Source: an uncultured delta proteobacterium (GTDB taxonomy: Bacteria > Desulfobacterota > Desulfobacteria > Desulfobacterales > JAFDCJ01). From it: a DNA stretch of 64,000 bases. A program made the position numbers and the translations under genes. The notes below the pieces were generated by a model. The model was not told the origin of the DNA. It was given only the letters and a program-made list of their open reading frames with translations, and made no database searches. How positions within the stretch are numbered: position 1 is the first letter of the stretch; every line of letters begins with the position of its first letter. Positions 1 through 10,561 of this stretch are shown here, piece by piece. The DNA lies in the NCBI GenBank assembly GCA_963769935.1, contig CAVYNY010000007.1, positions 96,001 through 160,000 on the forward strand. The letters are read 5' to 3'.

Positions 1-1090
1 GAGAGCACCACCACCAGGATGGCAAACCCCGGAATAAAGGTCAGCCAGGGGGCGTCGAAGATAAAACGCTTGCCGTCCGATAGGATATTCCCCCAGGTGG
101 CGTGAGGCGGCGGCACCCCGAACCCCAGAAAACTTAAACCGGCTTCGGTCAGGATTGCCGTCGCGATTCCGATGGTGGCGGACACCAGCACCGGTGCGAT
201 GGCATTGGGCATCATGTGGCGAAAAATTATTCGAAAATTGCTGAGCCCCAGGGCTCTGGCGGCGGAGACGAAATCCTGTTCCCTTAAAGAAAGAAATTCG
301 GCCCGCACAAAACGGGTGGCACCCATCCAGCTGGTAAGACCGATGATGATCATGATGTTATAGATGCTCGCCGGCAGCAGGGCAACCACCGTAAGGATCA
401 AAAAGAAGCTGGGGAAGCACAACATGATATCCACAAACCGCATGATCAATGTATCCACCGAAATGGTTCTTTTTTTCAGAATGCCGGCGCCGGGAAGTTT
501 TTCCACTGAACCGAATAAGAACGGGCCTGCAGCAACACCGGCCAAAATGATGAGGCCGGCAACGGGGTGACCGGCGGCCAGCAGTCCGATGCCTGCCGCC
601 AGAAATGCCGTCCACAGCAAATGGCCTATGTGGATGAATTGCTGTCCGAAATAACCCGCCAGACCACCCATGAATATTCCGACCAAAACCGAAATGCCTA
701 CGGCAACAAAGCCGACGGTCAGAGATACCCAGGCACCCTGGAGCATGCGGGCGAAGACATCGCGGCCCAGATCATCGGTTCCTAAAAGATAAATGCCTAA
801 AGGCGGCATTTCATTCGGCTGCAGGCTTGCCGGGTTGGGCTTGGTCAGCGGCGGCAGCAGTTTTTCCTCCAGTCTGACCAGGGCGGGATCGAAAATCGGC
901 TTGCTGCCTGAGGTTAAAACAAGCCCGGTCAGGGCGCAGCAGAAAAAGAGAATAAATATGATCAGTCCCAGAATGGCCAGGCGGTTCCTTTTGAACAGAC
1001 GCCAGAATTCCTGCCATCTGGTGCGCTTCGGCGCTGCCGGTTCTTCCAGGGCAAAATCCTGGTAATTAACAGTTTCCGGGTGTTGTTCAC
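1..1090 (-). CDS. Peptide/nickel ABC transporter permease, DppC/OppC family (runs off left edge; apparent 1-nt frameshift just after the GTG start)
   Basis: Manual minus-strand translation gives RWQEFWRLFKRNRLAILG...YLLGTDDLGRDVFARMLQGAWVSL...MRFVDIMLCFPSFFLIL...VRAEFLSLREQDF. The GTG at 1090 overlaps the stop of the upstream permease but is out of frame by one base. Confidence 0.85.
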
Positions 1091-2048
1091 AGTCTTATCC
1101 TCGGGTCCACCACCATGTACAGCAAATCGGAGATAAAGGTGCCGGCCAAAACCAGAACCGCTGAAACAAAATTAACGGTCAGAATCACGGGGTAGTCGCG
1201 GGCCAGAATGGCCTCGTAAGCCATGCGTCCCATTCCCGGCCAGGAAAAAATGGATTCGATAATGACCGAGCCGCCGATCAAGCCCGGCAGGATCATTCCG
1301 AACATGGTGACAAACGGCAAAAGCGCGTTGCGCAGGGCGTGTTTGTAATGCACCTGCTCCGACGGCAACCCCTTGGCCTTGGCGGTGCGCACATAATCCT
1401 GCCCCTCGACCTCAAGCATCTGGCTGCGAACATAGCGCGAGAGAATGGCAATGCCGCCGGTTGCGCCTAAAATCGACGGCAGCAGCAGGTGCCAGGTCCG
1501 ATCCATCATCATCTGGATCCACGACGCAGCCGCCGGCCCCAAAGGTCTGCATGCCGATGACCGGAACATGGAAATGGTCTACCACGAAGATAATTAAAAT
1601 ATAGGCAAAAAAGAATCCGGGAATGGAGATCAGCAAATAGGAAATAAAACGTTGCGCTGCGATCGTAAAAGCCGCCCCTTCCAATGGACGAACGGATGCC
1701 GACGGGAAAAGAAATGGTCCAGGTCAGGATCGTGCCCACAATGAACAGCGGCAAACTGTTTAGAAAACGATCCCAGATCTTTTTGAGGGCCGGCTGATTG
1801 TCTTTCCAGGAAATTGTTCGGCCGGTGAAAAGATCCCGATAAAAATATAGATACTGGATGTAAAGGGGTTGGTCCAGATGAAATGCCTGGCGAAAGCGTT
1901 CCACCATCTCGGGGGTAAATTTCGGGTTCAGCGGGTTCACCTGACTGGGTTCGCCGGGGGCCAGGTGAATGATCAAAAATGATACAATGGAGACAAAAAA
2001 CAGGGTCACCAATTTTTGAACCGTGCTGCGTCCGATAAATGAAAGCAT
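1087..2048 (-). CDS. Peptide ABC transporter permease, DppB/OppB family, split by two frameshifts (~1650 and ~1540)
   Basis: N-terminal part in ORF 1509..2048 (IIHLAPG...LDQPLYIQY). Middle part in ORF 1412..1684 (ISYLLISIPGFF). C-terminal part in ORF 1087..1569 (YVRTAKAKGL...HALRNA...ESIFSWPGMG...DPRIRL). Confidence 0.88.
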
Positions 2049-2057
2049 ATGACTTCC

Positions 2058-4187
2058 TTAAGATGCCAACTCGGGCATCTTGGGCAGTTTGATCCACCGG
2101 TTGAAGTAGTATTGGAAATTGCCGGTCTTGGTGGGGGTAATTTTTTTGTAAACAATTTGACCGGCGGCATCGACTTCTTTTATGACGATGCGCTTGTCCA
2201 GTATGGCGGTCCATTTGCCGACATACAAGAAGGTGTAGGGCTGTTCACGCGCAATAAGTGCGTGCAGCCGGTGGCAATATTCGACCTGGGTCCGGTGGTC
2301 GTAATCCTGCCTGATTTTGACGATGAGCTCGTCGGCTTCATGATTTTTGAAGCCCACAAAATTAAGCTGCTGGGGACCCGTCTGGCTGGAGTGCCAGATC
2401 TGGTAGAGGTCGGGTTCAATTCCCATGGACCAGCCCAACACCAGGGCATCAAAGTCCAGCTTGTTGACCCGTTCCTGGATAAACACCGACCATTCGAGCA
2501 GGTCCGTCTGCACATTGATGCCGATCTGTTTCCAGGCATCCTGCGCGATGGCCAGTATCGCTTTGCGGATGTCGTTGCCGCTGTTGGTGATGAGGGTAAA
2601 CTGCAACGGCCGGCCGTCCTTTTCGAGCCAGCCCTGCGAGTTGGGCTTCCAGCCGGCCTCGGCCAGCAACTTTAAGGCTCCCTGGGGATCATAGGGCAGC
2701 GGTTTGACGGCATGATTGTAGTAGTCGGTTTGCTTGGCAAACGGGCCGGTGATTCTTTCGGCCTGGTTGTCCAGCACATAGCGGATGATTTTATTTACAT
2801 CGATGGCCATGCCCAACGCCCGGCGCACCCGCACATCGTTGAAAGGCTCGCGCCGCATATTGTAGCCGATGTACGTATAGCCGAAGGAAGTCCCGGAAAA
2901 GCTCTGGAAGCGGGGATCGTTTTTAAATCGATCTACCTGATAGGGCTGCACATCGTAGCTGTCGAGGGTTCCGGCATAAAATTCCATTTCCTGAGTCAAC
3001 AGATCGGGGATGACCCGGAACGCATACTTGCGATAGTCGGGCGGCCCCTCCCAGTAATCGTTGAAACGGTCCAGTATAATATACTGGTCCGATTTCCACT
3101 CATTGAATTTGAATGGTCCGCAGCCGATGGGGTGTCGATTAAATAAGCTTTGACGCATCGAAAAAGTTGCCGGGTCCAGGCCGCGGGCACGGGCTTCTTT
3201 TTCAAGCGCCGCGTCGTTGAGCAGATGTTCGGGAAGGATTCCCATCGCCCAGGTGCCGATGGCCGGCGAGTAAAGCCGCTTGTATACGATGCGCACGGTG
3301 AGCGGGTTGATGACTTCCACTGATTTTACCGGTTCATAATCGGCAATGCGGGGCGAGAGGTTTTTGGGATTCAATATCGCTTCATAGGTGAATTTTACGT
3401 CCCGGGCATCAAATATGTAGCCGTCGTGAAAGGCGACGTCGGGCCGCAGATTAAATTCGATCACGGGGTTATGCTCGACGGCGGGCAGCACTTCCGCCGC
3501 CAGCGCCAGCAGCTGAGGTTGCGGCAGTTCAGGATGGGTGGTCAGGAATTTTTCGGGGCTGAAGGAATGAAAATAATCTTGGCCCAGCAAACCGGTGAGG
3601 TTTTCAAAGAGATCCTGGTCCACCTGCGCCAGGTGTAATTTTATGCGGGCCGGAGCGGCTGCACCGATTTTGACCTCGATTTTTTTCCGGTTGTCGTTGG
3701 GATCCCTGATCTGTCTTGTGATTGACAAATCCTGGGGACCGATCAGGGAAATTTTTTTAATGTTGGCCAGGGAGCTTTTTAATTTCTTATCGGACAGATT
3801 TTTGTTTTGGCGCGCTTCCTCGAGCAGCGTTACAATGTTGCGGGCATCCGGACGAATCCCGCCCGGTATCGCTGCCGAACCATTGACGTAGAAGTAGGCT
3901 TCTTCGGATATTTGCCAGGACTCGGCCAGGCGACCCCTGAATTGCAGGTTTTTATCCCGGTCGATAAGGCCTTCGAATACCTTGGATTCAATTTCACTGC
4001 TGGCGGAATCGGCCGAAAGGATCGGATTTATAATTGCGGCATCTCCGATGGATCCGGTGATGTATTCATTGTAACGTTCGGGATTGCCCCGGGCCTGCTG
4101 CTGGTAGGTGGGCACCCAAAAATATGATTGGAGCAGGAACAGGGTCATGATCAGAGGGGCAAATATGAGGACCCGTTTGGTTGACAT
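2058..4187 (-). CDS. Peptide ABC transporter substrate-binding protein (SBP family 5), extended form
   Basis: 709-aa ORF with motifs INPILSADSAS, FHDG..FDARDVKFT, PIGCGPFKF, GYNMRREPFNDVRVRRAL. Lies directly upstream of the two permeases. Confidence 0.92.
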   Translation of the reverse strand: MSTKRVLIFAPLIMTLFLLQSYFWVPTYQQQARGNPERYNEYITGSIGDAAIINPILSADSASSEIESKVFEGLIDRDKNLQFRGRLAESWQISEEAYFYVNGSAAIPGGIRPDARNIVTLLEEARQNKNLSDKKLKSSLANIKKISLIGPQDLSITRQIRDPNDNRKKIEVKIGAAAPARIKLHLAQVDQDLFENLTGLLGQDYFHSFSPEKFLTTHPELPQPQLLALAAEVLPAVEHNPVIEFNLRPDVAFHDGYIFDARDVKFTYEAILNPKNLSPRIADYEPVKSVEVINPLTVRIVYKRLYSPAIGTWAMGILPEHLLNDAALEKEARARGLDPATFSMRQSLFNRHPIGCGPFKFNEWKSDQYIILDRFNDYWEGPPDYRKYAFRVIPDLLTQEMEFYAGTLDSYDVQPYQVDRFKNDPRFQSFSGTSFGYTYIGYNMRREPFNDVRVRRALGMAIDVNKIIRYVLDNQAERITGPFAKQTDYYNHAVKPLPYDPQGALKLLAEAGWKPNSQGWLEKDGRPLQFTLITNSGNDIRKAILAIAQDAWKQIGINVQTDLLEWSVFIQERVNKLDFDALVLGWSMGIEPDLYQIWHSSQTGPQQLNFVGFKNHEADELIVKIRQDYDHRTQVEYCHRLHALIAREQPYTFLYVGKWTAILDKRIVIKEVDAAGQIVYKKITPTKTGNFQYYFNRWIKLPKMPELAS

Positions 4188-4617
4188 TTTTGTCCTAATC
4201 TATTGAAGCGCTCGGGAAGCGCTCGAATTCAGCCCATTGGCGGTTGATCTGAAAAAACTCCTTTGAATACCGCGTCATATGACCTATAATAAATCTGATC
4301 TTTGCCCAGCGGCGCCTTCATTTTTGTACAGGGAATCGGCGTCGCTTTGTAAATACAGTTTTGGCATAATTCCGGCCGCGGGAGCGGCCCCGAAGGCGTG
4401 CGAAACTGTCAATCAAATGAAGGCCTTATTTATGACATCCAAACGCATTATAAGAGAAAAATCTTAAACTGGCAAGAGTCTATAACAGGATCCGGCAACG
4501 ACGGCCGACTTGCAGGCCGAGGCCGCCGGGAACGGAAAAATACACGGAAGGTCGAAAAGCCTGCCGATCAACTTTTGGCCGGCCTAAAAAATAATTAAAT
4601 TTTTGATTCAAGAAACA

Positions 4618-5445
4618 ATGGATAACAGGCTGAAATTATTTTTTATATTTAGTTTAATATTGGGTTGGTGGTTGTATCCGCCGATGAATCTGCAGGCGGA
4701 ATTCTACAAGTATGTCGACAAGGACGGTCGAGTTTTTTATGTCGATGATCTCAGCAAAGTACCCGAGGCGTATCAGGAGCAAGTCAAGGTTTATCGGGAG
4801 AAGTTTGATTATCTAACCGATGAGGAGCGATCCAGGGCCCAGGAAAGAGAACGCGTGCGAATACAGCAGTCTGAACGGGAACAGCAGCTTCAGACAAATG
4901 CCCAACTAAAGGAAATACAACAGGCCGAAGAAGAAGAAAGTAAAAGACAGGCGGAGGCGGCCAAACAAAAATTGATGGAAAAGATGCAGACCCACGTGAT
5001 CGTGGAAGGCAACCGCATCCTGGTTCCGGTGACCCTGGTCAATAACGGTATCGAAGTGGCGGTGAATTTACTGCTGGATACCGGCGCATCACAGATCGTT
5101 TTGCATCGTAACGTGGCCACGAAGCTAAACATCATTGCCCTGACAAAGGGGTTTGCCCAAGTCGCCGGCGGCCAGAATATCTATGTTGAAACCGGCGAGA
5201 TCAGCTCTTTTAAAGTCGGCCCGTTTGACATGCAAAAAGCGGCCGTGGTGATTATCAACCATGAGGGTGAGGCCGTATCCTACGGCGGCCTTTTAGGAAT
5301 GAATTTTTTAAAAAACGTGCCGTACACCATTGATTACAAGAACCAGGTCATTCGCTGGCGGCCGCCGGTTGAGGAGACCCCGGCCGCTGGGGAGGACTCT
5401 GCAGCCGGGGAGGCTCCTGCAGCCGGGGAGGCCTCTGATAATTGA
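4618..5445 (+). CDS. DUF4124-like N-terminus plus retropepsin-type (clan AA) aspartyl protease
   Basis: Signal-like N-terminus, FYKYVDKDGRVFYVD motif, coiled-coil linker, then LLDTGAS and GLLGMNFL. Confidence 0.85.
   Translation: MDNRLKLFFIFSLILGWWLYPPMNLQAEFYKYVDKDGRVFYVDDLSKVPEAYQEQVKVYREKFDYLTDEERSRAQERERVRIQQSEREQQLQTNAQLKEIQQAEEEESKRQAEAAKQKLMEKMQTHVIVEGNRILVPVTLVNNGIEVAVNLLLDTGASQIVLHRNVATKLNIIALTKGFAQVAGGQNIYVETGEISSFKVGPFDMQKAAVVIINHEGEAVSYGGLLGMNFLKNVPYTIDYKNQVIRWRPPVEETPAAGEDSAAGEAPAAGEASDN
5374..5439 (+). repeat. Three to four imperfect in-frame 18-nt tandem repeats encoding E-x-[P/S]-A-A-G
   Basis: gagaccccggccgctggg / gaggactctgcagccggg / gaggctcctgcagccggg / gaggcctct. Confidence 0.8.
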
Positions 5446-5615
5446 AGGGGAGATGCGCTGTATTTTAATTGAATATTGAAGATTGCAGATTGAATATTTG
5501 TGGAATCCTGTCGTTCCAACTCACTCACTGACATACGGCGGATCAGTTTTTATAAAGATAAGTTTCCTCAACTATTTAGATCACGACCTGCGGCAAGGAA
5601 TCAGGAGGACCATCC

Positions 5616-6015
5616 ATGAGCAACGGCAACGACACGCACAGTAAAACCATCGGCTATATTCTATGGATATTCGGCTTTACGGGTTCCCATCGATTTTATT
5701 ACGGATATCCCATATCGGGGACCATATATTTTTTTACACTGGGACTTTTTTTTATCGGCTGGATCATCGATCTCTTTCTGATACCCCGTATGGACCGTCG
5801 CGCGGATTTAAGATTCAGGGGCAGGCCGGATCGATTACAATCTTGCGTGGATTCTGCTGACCTTTCTGGGGATATTCGGCATTCACCGGATGTATGTTGG
5901 GAAATGGTTGACCGGAATCCTGTATCTTCTAACCGGCGGGCTCCTGGGAATCGGAATTATTTACGACTTCTGGACGCTGAATGATCAGATCACCATCATC
6001 AACAGCAGCAGTTGA
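5616..6015 (+). CDS. TM2-domain membrane protein with two TM2 repeats, frameshift near 5820
   Basis: First repeat GYILWIFGFTGSHRFYYG. A second frame continues IDYNLAWILLTFLGIFGIHRMYVGKWLTG...to TGA at 6013-6015. AGGAGG RBS upstream. Confidence 0.85.
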
Positions 6016-6030
6016 GCTGGTCGATGTCCT

Positions 6031-6375
6031 TCAAGGTGCTGGTGATATCGTTTCCGGCAGATAGTCTTCGCGGACCGGGGAAAAAACCTCCACGACGACG
6101 GAATCCTCCAGGGCCTCGGCCGAGTGCTCGACACCGCCGGGCAGGCACCAGCTGTCCCCGGGTTCCACGTCCATGATCTTCCCGTCGACATTGAATCGGA
6201 GCTTGCCGGAAATCATGATTCCGGTCTGTTCGTGGAGATGAGAGTGAGCAGGGATTGCAGACCCTTTTGCGATTTTAAATTGGCCCATCAGGGTCTTCTC
6301 ACCGTGAACCAGGGTCGTTAAATCAACACCCTCCAAAAGTTGTCGCGACTTTCCGGTATCTTTTTTGCGAAACAT
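6031..6375 (-). CDS. Cupin-domain protein
   Basis: IPAHSHLHEQTG and PGGVEHS metal-binding cupin motifs. Confidence 0.88.
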   Translation of the reverse strand: MFRKKDTGKSRQLLEGVDLTTLVHGEKTLMGQFKIAKGSAIPAHSHLHEQTGIMISGKLRFNVDGKIMDVEPGDSWCLPGGVEHSAEALEDSVVVEVFSPVREDYLPETISPAP

Positions 6376-6444
6376 ATTGTTTATTCCTTGTTGGGGATGA
6401 ACATCACCTGCGGTGGTCTTTTCCGGGGCATTGCGAATCGCTGA

Positions 6445-7236
6445 TCAAAGCAGTCCGCTATAGCTGCCGCCGTCCACCAACAGGTTCTGGCCGGTAATGT
6501 ATCGGGCCGGCACACTGGCCAGGAAAGCTGCCGCGGCTCCGAAATCAAATGGGTCGCCGATGGTTTTGCCGGGAATTGCCGTCATCATCTCCTGATACAG
6601 TTCATCTTCGGATTTGCCCTCCAGACCGGCGCGATGCTTTACCATCTGATCGATGCGGGCTGTTTTGTGGGTGCCCGGCAGCAAGGCATTCACGGTGATG
6701 CCGTACGGAGCCAATTCGGTTGCAATGGTTTTCAAAAAACCGGTCAGTCCGGCCCGCGCCATATTGGATAAAATCAGATTGCCGATGGGCTGCTTGACTG
6801 AAATAGAGGTAATGGCGATAATGCGGCCCCAGCCTTTGGTCTTCATCGCCGGGACAACACCATGAATTAGATGGACGGCACTCATCAGGTTGAGGTTGAG
6901 AGCCTTTTCATATTCCTCCAGGGCGGTGCTGGCAAAGGTTCCCGGCGGCGGGCCACCGGCGTTGGTCACCAGAATATCCGGATCGCCCAGGGCCTGCCTG
7001 ACGTCTGCCAGCAGCCGGCTGGTATCTTCCCGTCTGCTCACATCGGCGCCGAAACCCAGCACTTCAGCACCGGTTTGGGCTGCAATTTCTTCGGCGGTCT
7101 GTTTGGCTGAGACAACATCCCGCGAACAGAGCGCCACCCGGCAGTTCTCAGCGGCCAGTCGTTCTGCGCAGCCCCGACCTAATCCCCGGCTTGCGGCAGC
7201 CGTCAGCGCAATTTTTCCTTTTATGCCAAAGTCCAT
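6445..7236 (-). CDS. Short-chain dehydrogenase/reductase (FabG-like)
   Basis: TAASRGLG nucleotide-binding variant, LVTNAGGPPPG, and C-terminal YITGQNLLVDGG. Start placed at the ATG of MDFGIKGK. Confidence 0.9.
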   Translation of the reverse strand: MDFGIKGKIALTAAASRGLGRGCAERLAAENCRVALCSRDVVSAKQTAEEIAAQTGAEVLGFGADVSRREDTSRLLADVRQALGDPDILVTNAGGPPPGTFASTALEEYEKALNLNLMSAVHLIHGVVPAMKTKGWGRIIAITSISVKQPIGNLILSNMARAGLTGFLKTIATELAPYGITVNALLPGTHKTARIDQMVKHRAGLEGKSEDELYQEMMTAIPGKTIGDPFDFGAAAAFLASVPARYITGQNLLVDGGSYSGLL

Positions 7237-7500
7237 TTTTGAACCCCCATAGTTGTTCAAGATAAACATGAAATCAATCGTGTCCAACCGATTTAATATG
7301 TTTTTCTAATCGTTTTCTTATTGAATGTCTACAGTCAAGAAGAATTTTTGGCAGAATGATGTGATAAACGCTGAAAAGAACCCCATAAACCGAATTTCAA
7401 AGCGCTAATTCGGTGCGCAATGCCAACCTCTGAGCCCTGAACCCCGACCCTGAACCTTTGCACTCTGAATTTCTGAACCGTGAACCCGGAACGGCTATTT

Positions 7501-7929
7501 TTACTTCATGCGCTTCAGAAGAATACCGATCATTTCTTCGATATAGGGACTGATTTCTTTAAACTCGACTCCCACACCTAGGCGGGTTGCATGGGCGATC
7601 TCTCCCTTGATCCTCAGCGGCTTGTTGAAACCTTCCAGGCGGAATGTCATTAGAATTTCGTCCCCCACGATTAGCGGTCTCTGGGTTTCGATGAACAGCC
7701 CGCTGCGGCTGATATTTTTAATGTGATTGGTATATACGCGATAGTCAGTTGCATAATTTACCGGAATATCACATGATTTTCTTAGATTCAGTCTTTTTTC
7801 CTTGGCAAAAAGATCTTCGGCGTGGCGCAGCAATGCCAATTGCTGCTCCTCGGTCAAGTCGATTACAATCTGGAACAATTTTGAAATAACAATATTGTAC
7901 TTTTTATTTGTCTGGGTTTGAGAGCTCAT
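7501..7929 (-). CDS. PilZ-domain protein (c-di-GMP receptor candidate)
   Basis: RxxxR (RLNLR) and NxSxxG (NISRSG) motifs, plus GVGVEF. Confidence 0.85.
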   Translation of the reverse strand: MSSQTQTNKKYNIVISKLFQIVIDLTEEQQLALLRHAEDLFAKEKRLNLRKSCDIPVNYATDYRVYTNHIKNISRSGLFIETQRPLIVGDEILMTFRLEGFNKPLRIKGEIAHATRLGVGVEFKEISPYIEEMIGILLKRMK

Positions 7930-8097
7930 ATTGAGGGTCTGGGGTTGTTTACCATTGCAAGCTGTTTGATGATTAACTTATCGGGCTTTTAGACAAAAAA
8001 CTTTAATTTTTTGCACCATCTGATCATCTTAAATTGCCGCTACTGACATTGTCGGACAAATTTAAACCACAAAGCCCTCGATGATCCAACAAAAGGC

Positions 8098-8151
8098 TTG
8101 ACAACCTGCAGGCTTGAATATAATTTTTGATTTTTGAGAATAATCTCATAA
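8098..8151 (+). promoter_or_regulatory. Sigma70-like promoter with downstream palindrome (TGAG-N6-CTCA)
   Basis: TTGACA at 8098, TATAAT/TAATTT at 8119-8126, and tttgagaataatctcataa at 8133-8151 just before the AAGGAG RBS. Confidence 0.6.
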
Positions 8152-8161
8152 AGGAGCTTGC

Positions 8162-8623
8162 ATGGTCAGACCGCTAAAAGAACGCAGGGTGGCATTTAAC
8201 CCGGAAATTAGTTATTTCAAGCCTAGAGGCATTCCCATGTTTGATCTGGAGGAGGTTTGTCTTACCGTTGATCAGCGTGAGGCCATCCGTTTGTCGGATC
8301 TGCTGGGAATGTCCCATGAGGAGGCCGGCCGGCACATGGGGGTTTCCCGGGCAACCTTCGGCCGAATCATACAGCGTGCGCGGCAAACTGTCGCGGATGC
8401 CCTGATCAACGGCAAAGCCATCAATGTCGAAGGCGGTAATTACCAGCTGATCGATTTGGTGCGGATTTTTTATTGCCAGGACTGCCGGCACGAATGGCAT
8501 GAACCTATGGGCACGGGAAGGCCGGAGCAATGCCCCGTCTGCCAAAGCAGCGACTTTTACCGCGTCGGCCAAAAGAAAGCTCAAACGGACCACAAGCCGG
8601 TTAATACGGCTTCTAACCCTTGA
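8162..8623 (+). CDS. DUF134 (UPF0251) HTH protein with C-terminal zinc ribbon
   Basis: MVRP...YFKPRGIP...EAIRLSD...MGVSRATFGRI...ARQTVADALINGKAI; CQDC...CPVC. Confidence 0.9.
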   Translation: MVRPLKERRVAFNPEISYFKPRGIPMFDLEEVCLTVDQREAIRLSDLLGMSHEEAGRHMGVSRATFGRIIQRARQTVADALINGKAINVEGGNYQLIDLVRIFYCQDCRHEWHEPMGTGRPEQCPVCQSSDFYRVGQKKAQTDHKPVNTASNP

Positions 8624-8726
8624 AATCACAGTCGTTCATCACCATTATGAGGGTGATGATTTCAGCTACGGATATATTAAACAAGATTGCCTTAACACCC
8701 TAACCCGGACAAGCCGGAACTAAAAA

Positions 8727-8900
8727 GGACAAATTAATCACGAAAGCACGAAAGGACCCCGGTTAAACAGAGAAAAAAGGTTTAACGGGGCAGGCGAAAA
8801 CACGAAAAGAGAATAAGATAAATTTCGTGCTTTCAAAATTTCGTGTTTTCGTGATGAAAAAAGTTTTTGCATAAAATGCAAAGAATTCACAATTAAGACT
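8727..8900 (+). repeat. Dispersed ~150-bp imperfect palindromic repeat, copy 1 (with nested hairpin insert)
   Basis: aatcacgaaagcacgaaa...aaaacacgaaa...atttcgtgctttc...tttcgtgttttcgtgat...gcataaaatgcaaagaa. Confidence 0.85.
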
Positions 8901-8937
8901 AATGGTTGGGCTGTCACAAAAAAAAGGAGCGAAAAAA

Positions 8938-9774
8938 ATGGCGGATATTCAGAGCGAAATGCCTAAAAACCCCAAGCAAATTCAGGACGCACAGGAGGCG
9001 GCGGTTAAGGAATCTCTGGGGAAAATTAAAAACAAAATTCTGGTGATGAGCGGCAAAGGCGGGGTGGGTAAAACCAGTACTTCAGTCAATCTCGCCATTG
9101 CCCTGGCCAACAGGGGGTATCAGGTCGGTATCATGGATGTCGATCTTCACGGTCCGGACGTGCCCCGGATGTTGGGACTAACAGGGATTCCGGAGGTCAA
9201 TCAAAATAAAAAACTCAATCCCATAAGTTATTCGAAAAATTTGAAGGTCATCTCCATCGAATCTTTGACACCGAACAAGGATGATGCCATCATTTGGCGG
9301 GGACCGTTAAAATTTTCGGCCATCCGGCAGTTTATCGGAGATGTTGAGTGGGGTAATCTGGATTTTCTGGTTATCGATTCTCCGCCGGGAACCGGGGATG
9401 AACCTTTAACAGTCGCCCAGACCATTACCGACGCCCGGGCGGTCATCGTTACGACGCCTCAGGAGTTGGCCCTGGCGGATGTCAGAAAATCGATCAATTT
9501 CTGCAAAACCGTCAAAATGGAGATTTTCGGTTTAATTGAAAATATGAGCGGTTTTTCCTGTCCGCACTGCGGTGAAATGATAACGCTTTTCGGTTCCGGC
9601 GGTGGTGAAAAAACGGCCAGACAGATGAACATCAAATTCCTGGGTAGCATTCCATTTGATCCCCGAATGGTGACCTGCGGTGATTCGGGTGCGTGCTATC
9701 AGGAAACCCACAGCAATTCAGTCGTGACCAAAGCTTTTGAGGCGGTGGCGGATCGGATGGCCAAACTGTTGTGA
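8938..9774 (+). CDS. mrp: Mrp/NBP35 (ApbC) Fe-S cluster carrier ATPase
   Basis: SGKGGVGKT, DVDLHGPD, WRGP, DSPPGTGDE, ENMS and CPHC motifs. AGGAG RBS. Confidence 0.93.
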   Translation: MADIQSEMPKNPKQIQDAQEAAVKESLGKIKNKILVMSGKGGVGKTSTSVNLAIALANRGYQVGIMDVDLHGPDVPRMLGLTGIPEVNQNKKLNPISYSKNLKVISIESLTPNKDDAIIWRGPLKFSAIRQFIGDVEWGNLDFLVIDSPPGTGDEPLTVAQTITDARAVIVTTPQELALADVRKSINFCKTVKMEIFGLIENMSGFSCPHCGEMITLFGSGGGEKTARQMNIKFLGSIPFDPRMVTCGDSGACYQETHSNSVVTKAFEAVADRMAKLL

Positions 9775-9787
9775 AGTGAGGACTTTT

Positions 9788-10291
9788 ATGCAATTTACCG
9801 TCACCACCCTGGTGGAAAATACGGTTGCGCAGGGTGGCAAATCACTGCTGGCAGAGCACGGTCTGTCGTTTTACATTGAGGCCGGTGAGCGCAGAATATT
9901 ATTCGACACCGGTCAGAATCTCGCCCTTACCAACAATGCCCGTCAACTGGGTATCGAGCTCAATAAAATCGATACCGCGATTTTAAGCCACGGCCATTAT
10001 GATCACACGGGCGGGCTGCAGAGTCTGCTCGAATGCAACTCAAATTTTACCCTGCATGCGCATCCGGATGTTTTCAGTCATAAAGTGAAGCAACAAAATG
10101 ACAGCTACAAATATATCGGCATTCCCCTTGATAAAGGTGCCATCGAAAAACGGGGGGCGGCGGTTAAGCTGGAAAAAAATCCCGTCGAAATCGCTCCCGG
10201 CATCATGACCTCCGGAGAAATTCCTCTGATCAATGAATTTGGAGACCGCGTTTTTCTCAACACCGTGGGCAATCAAATGGAGTTTTTTTAA
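9788..10291 (+). pseudogene. MBL-fold metallo-hydrolase, C-terminally truncated
   Basis: AEHGLS, ILFDTG and LSHGHYDHTGG motifs are present. Family-like sequence stops after GEIP and the ORF ends at about 167 aa, without the usual C-terminal GCxH/HC metal ligands. Confidence 0.7.
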
Positions 10292-10561
10292 ACGGCGCCA
10301 AAATCACCCATTTTATTCCAACACTGAAAACCTGGTCCTGTGGGCCAGGTCAGAGGAGATTGGCTTTGCCGTGAATCCCGCTCGCAGCGGGATGGAGTGA
10401 TGGCCCGCCCTGGCGCGACTCTTTTCTAAGTTGTTGGTATCTGAGTGAAATGATTAAATATTTTAGCCGGGCAGACTTTCTATGAAATCGGTCTGGGCCA
10501 GGGAATACTGGGTTGGGCGGAATTAGATCTGTTTTTATACTGTACCCTTTCCGGATGGATG

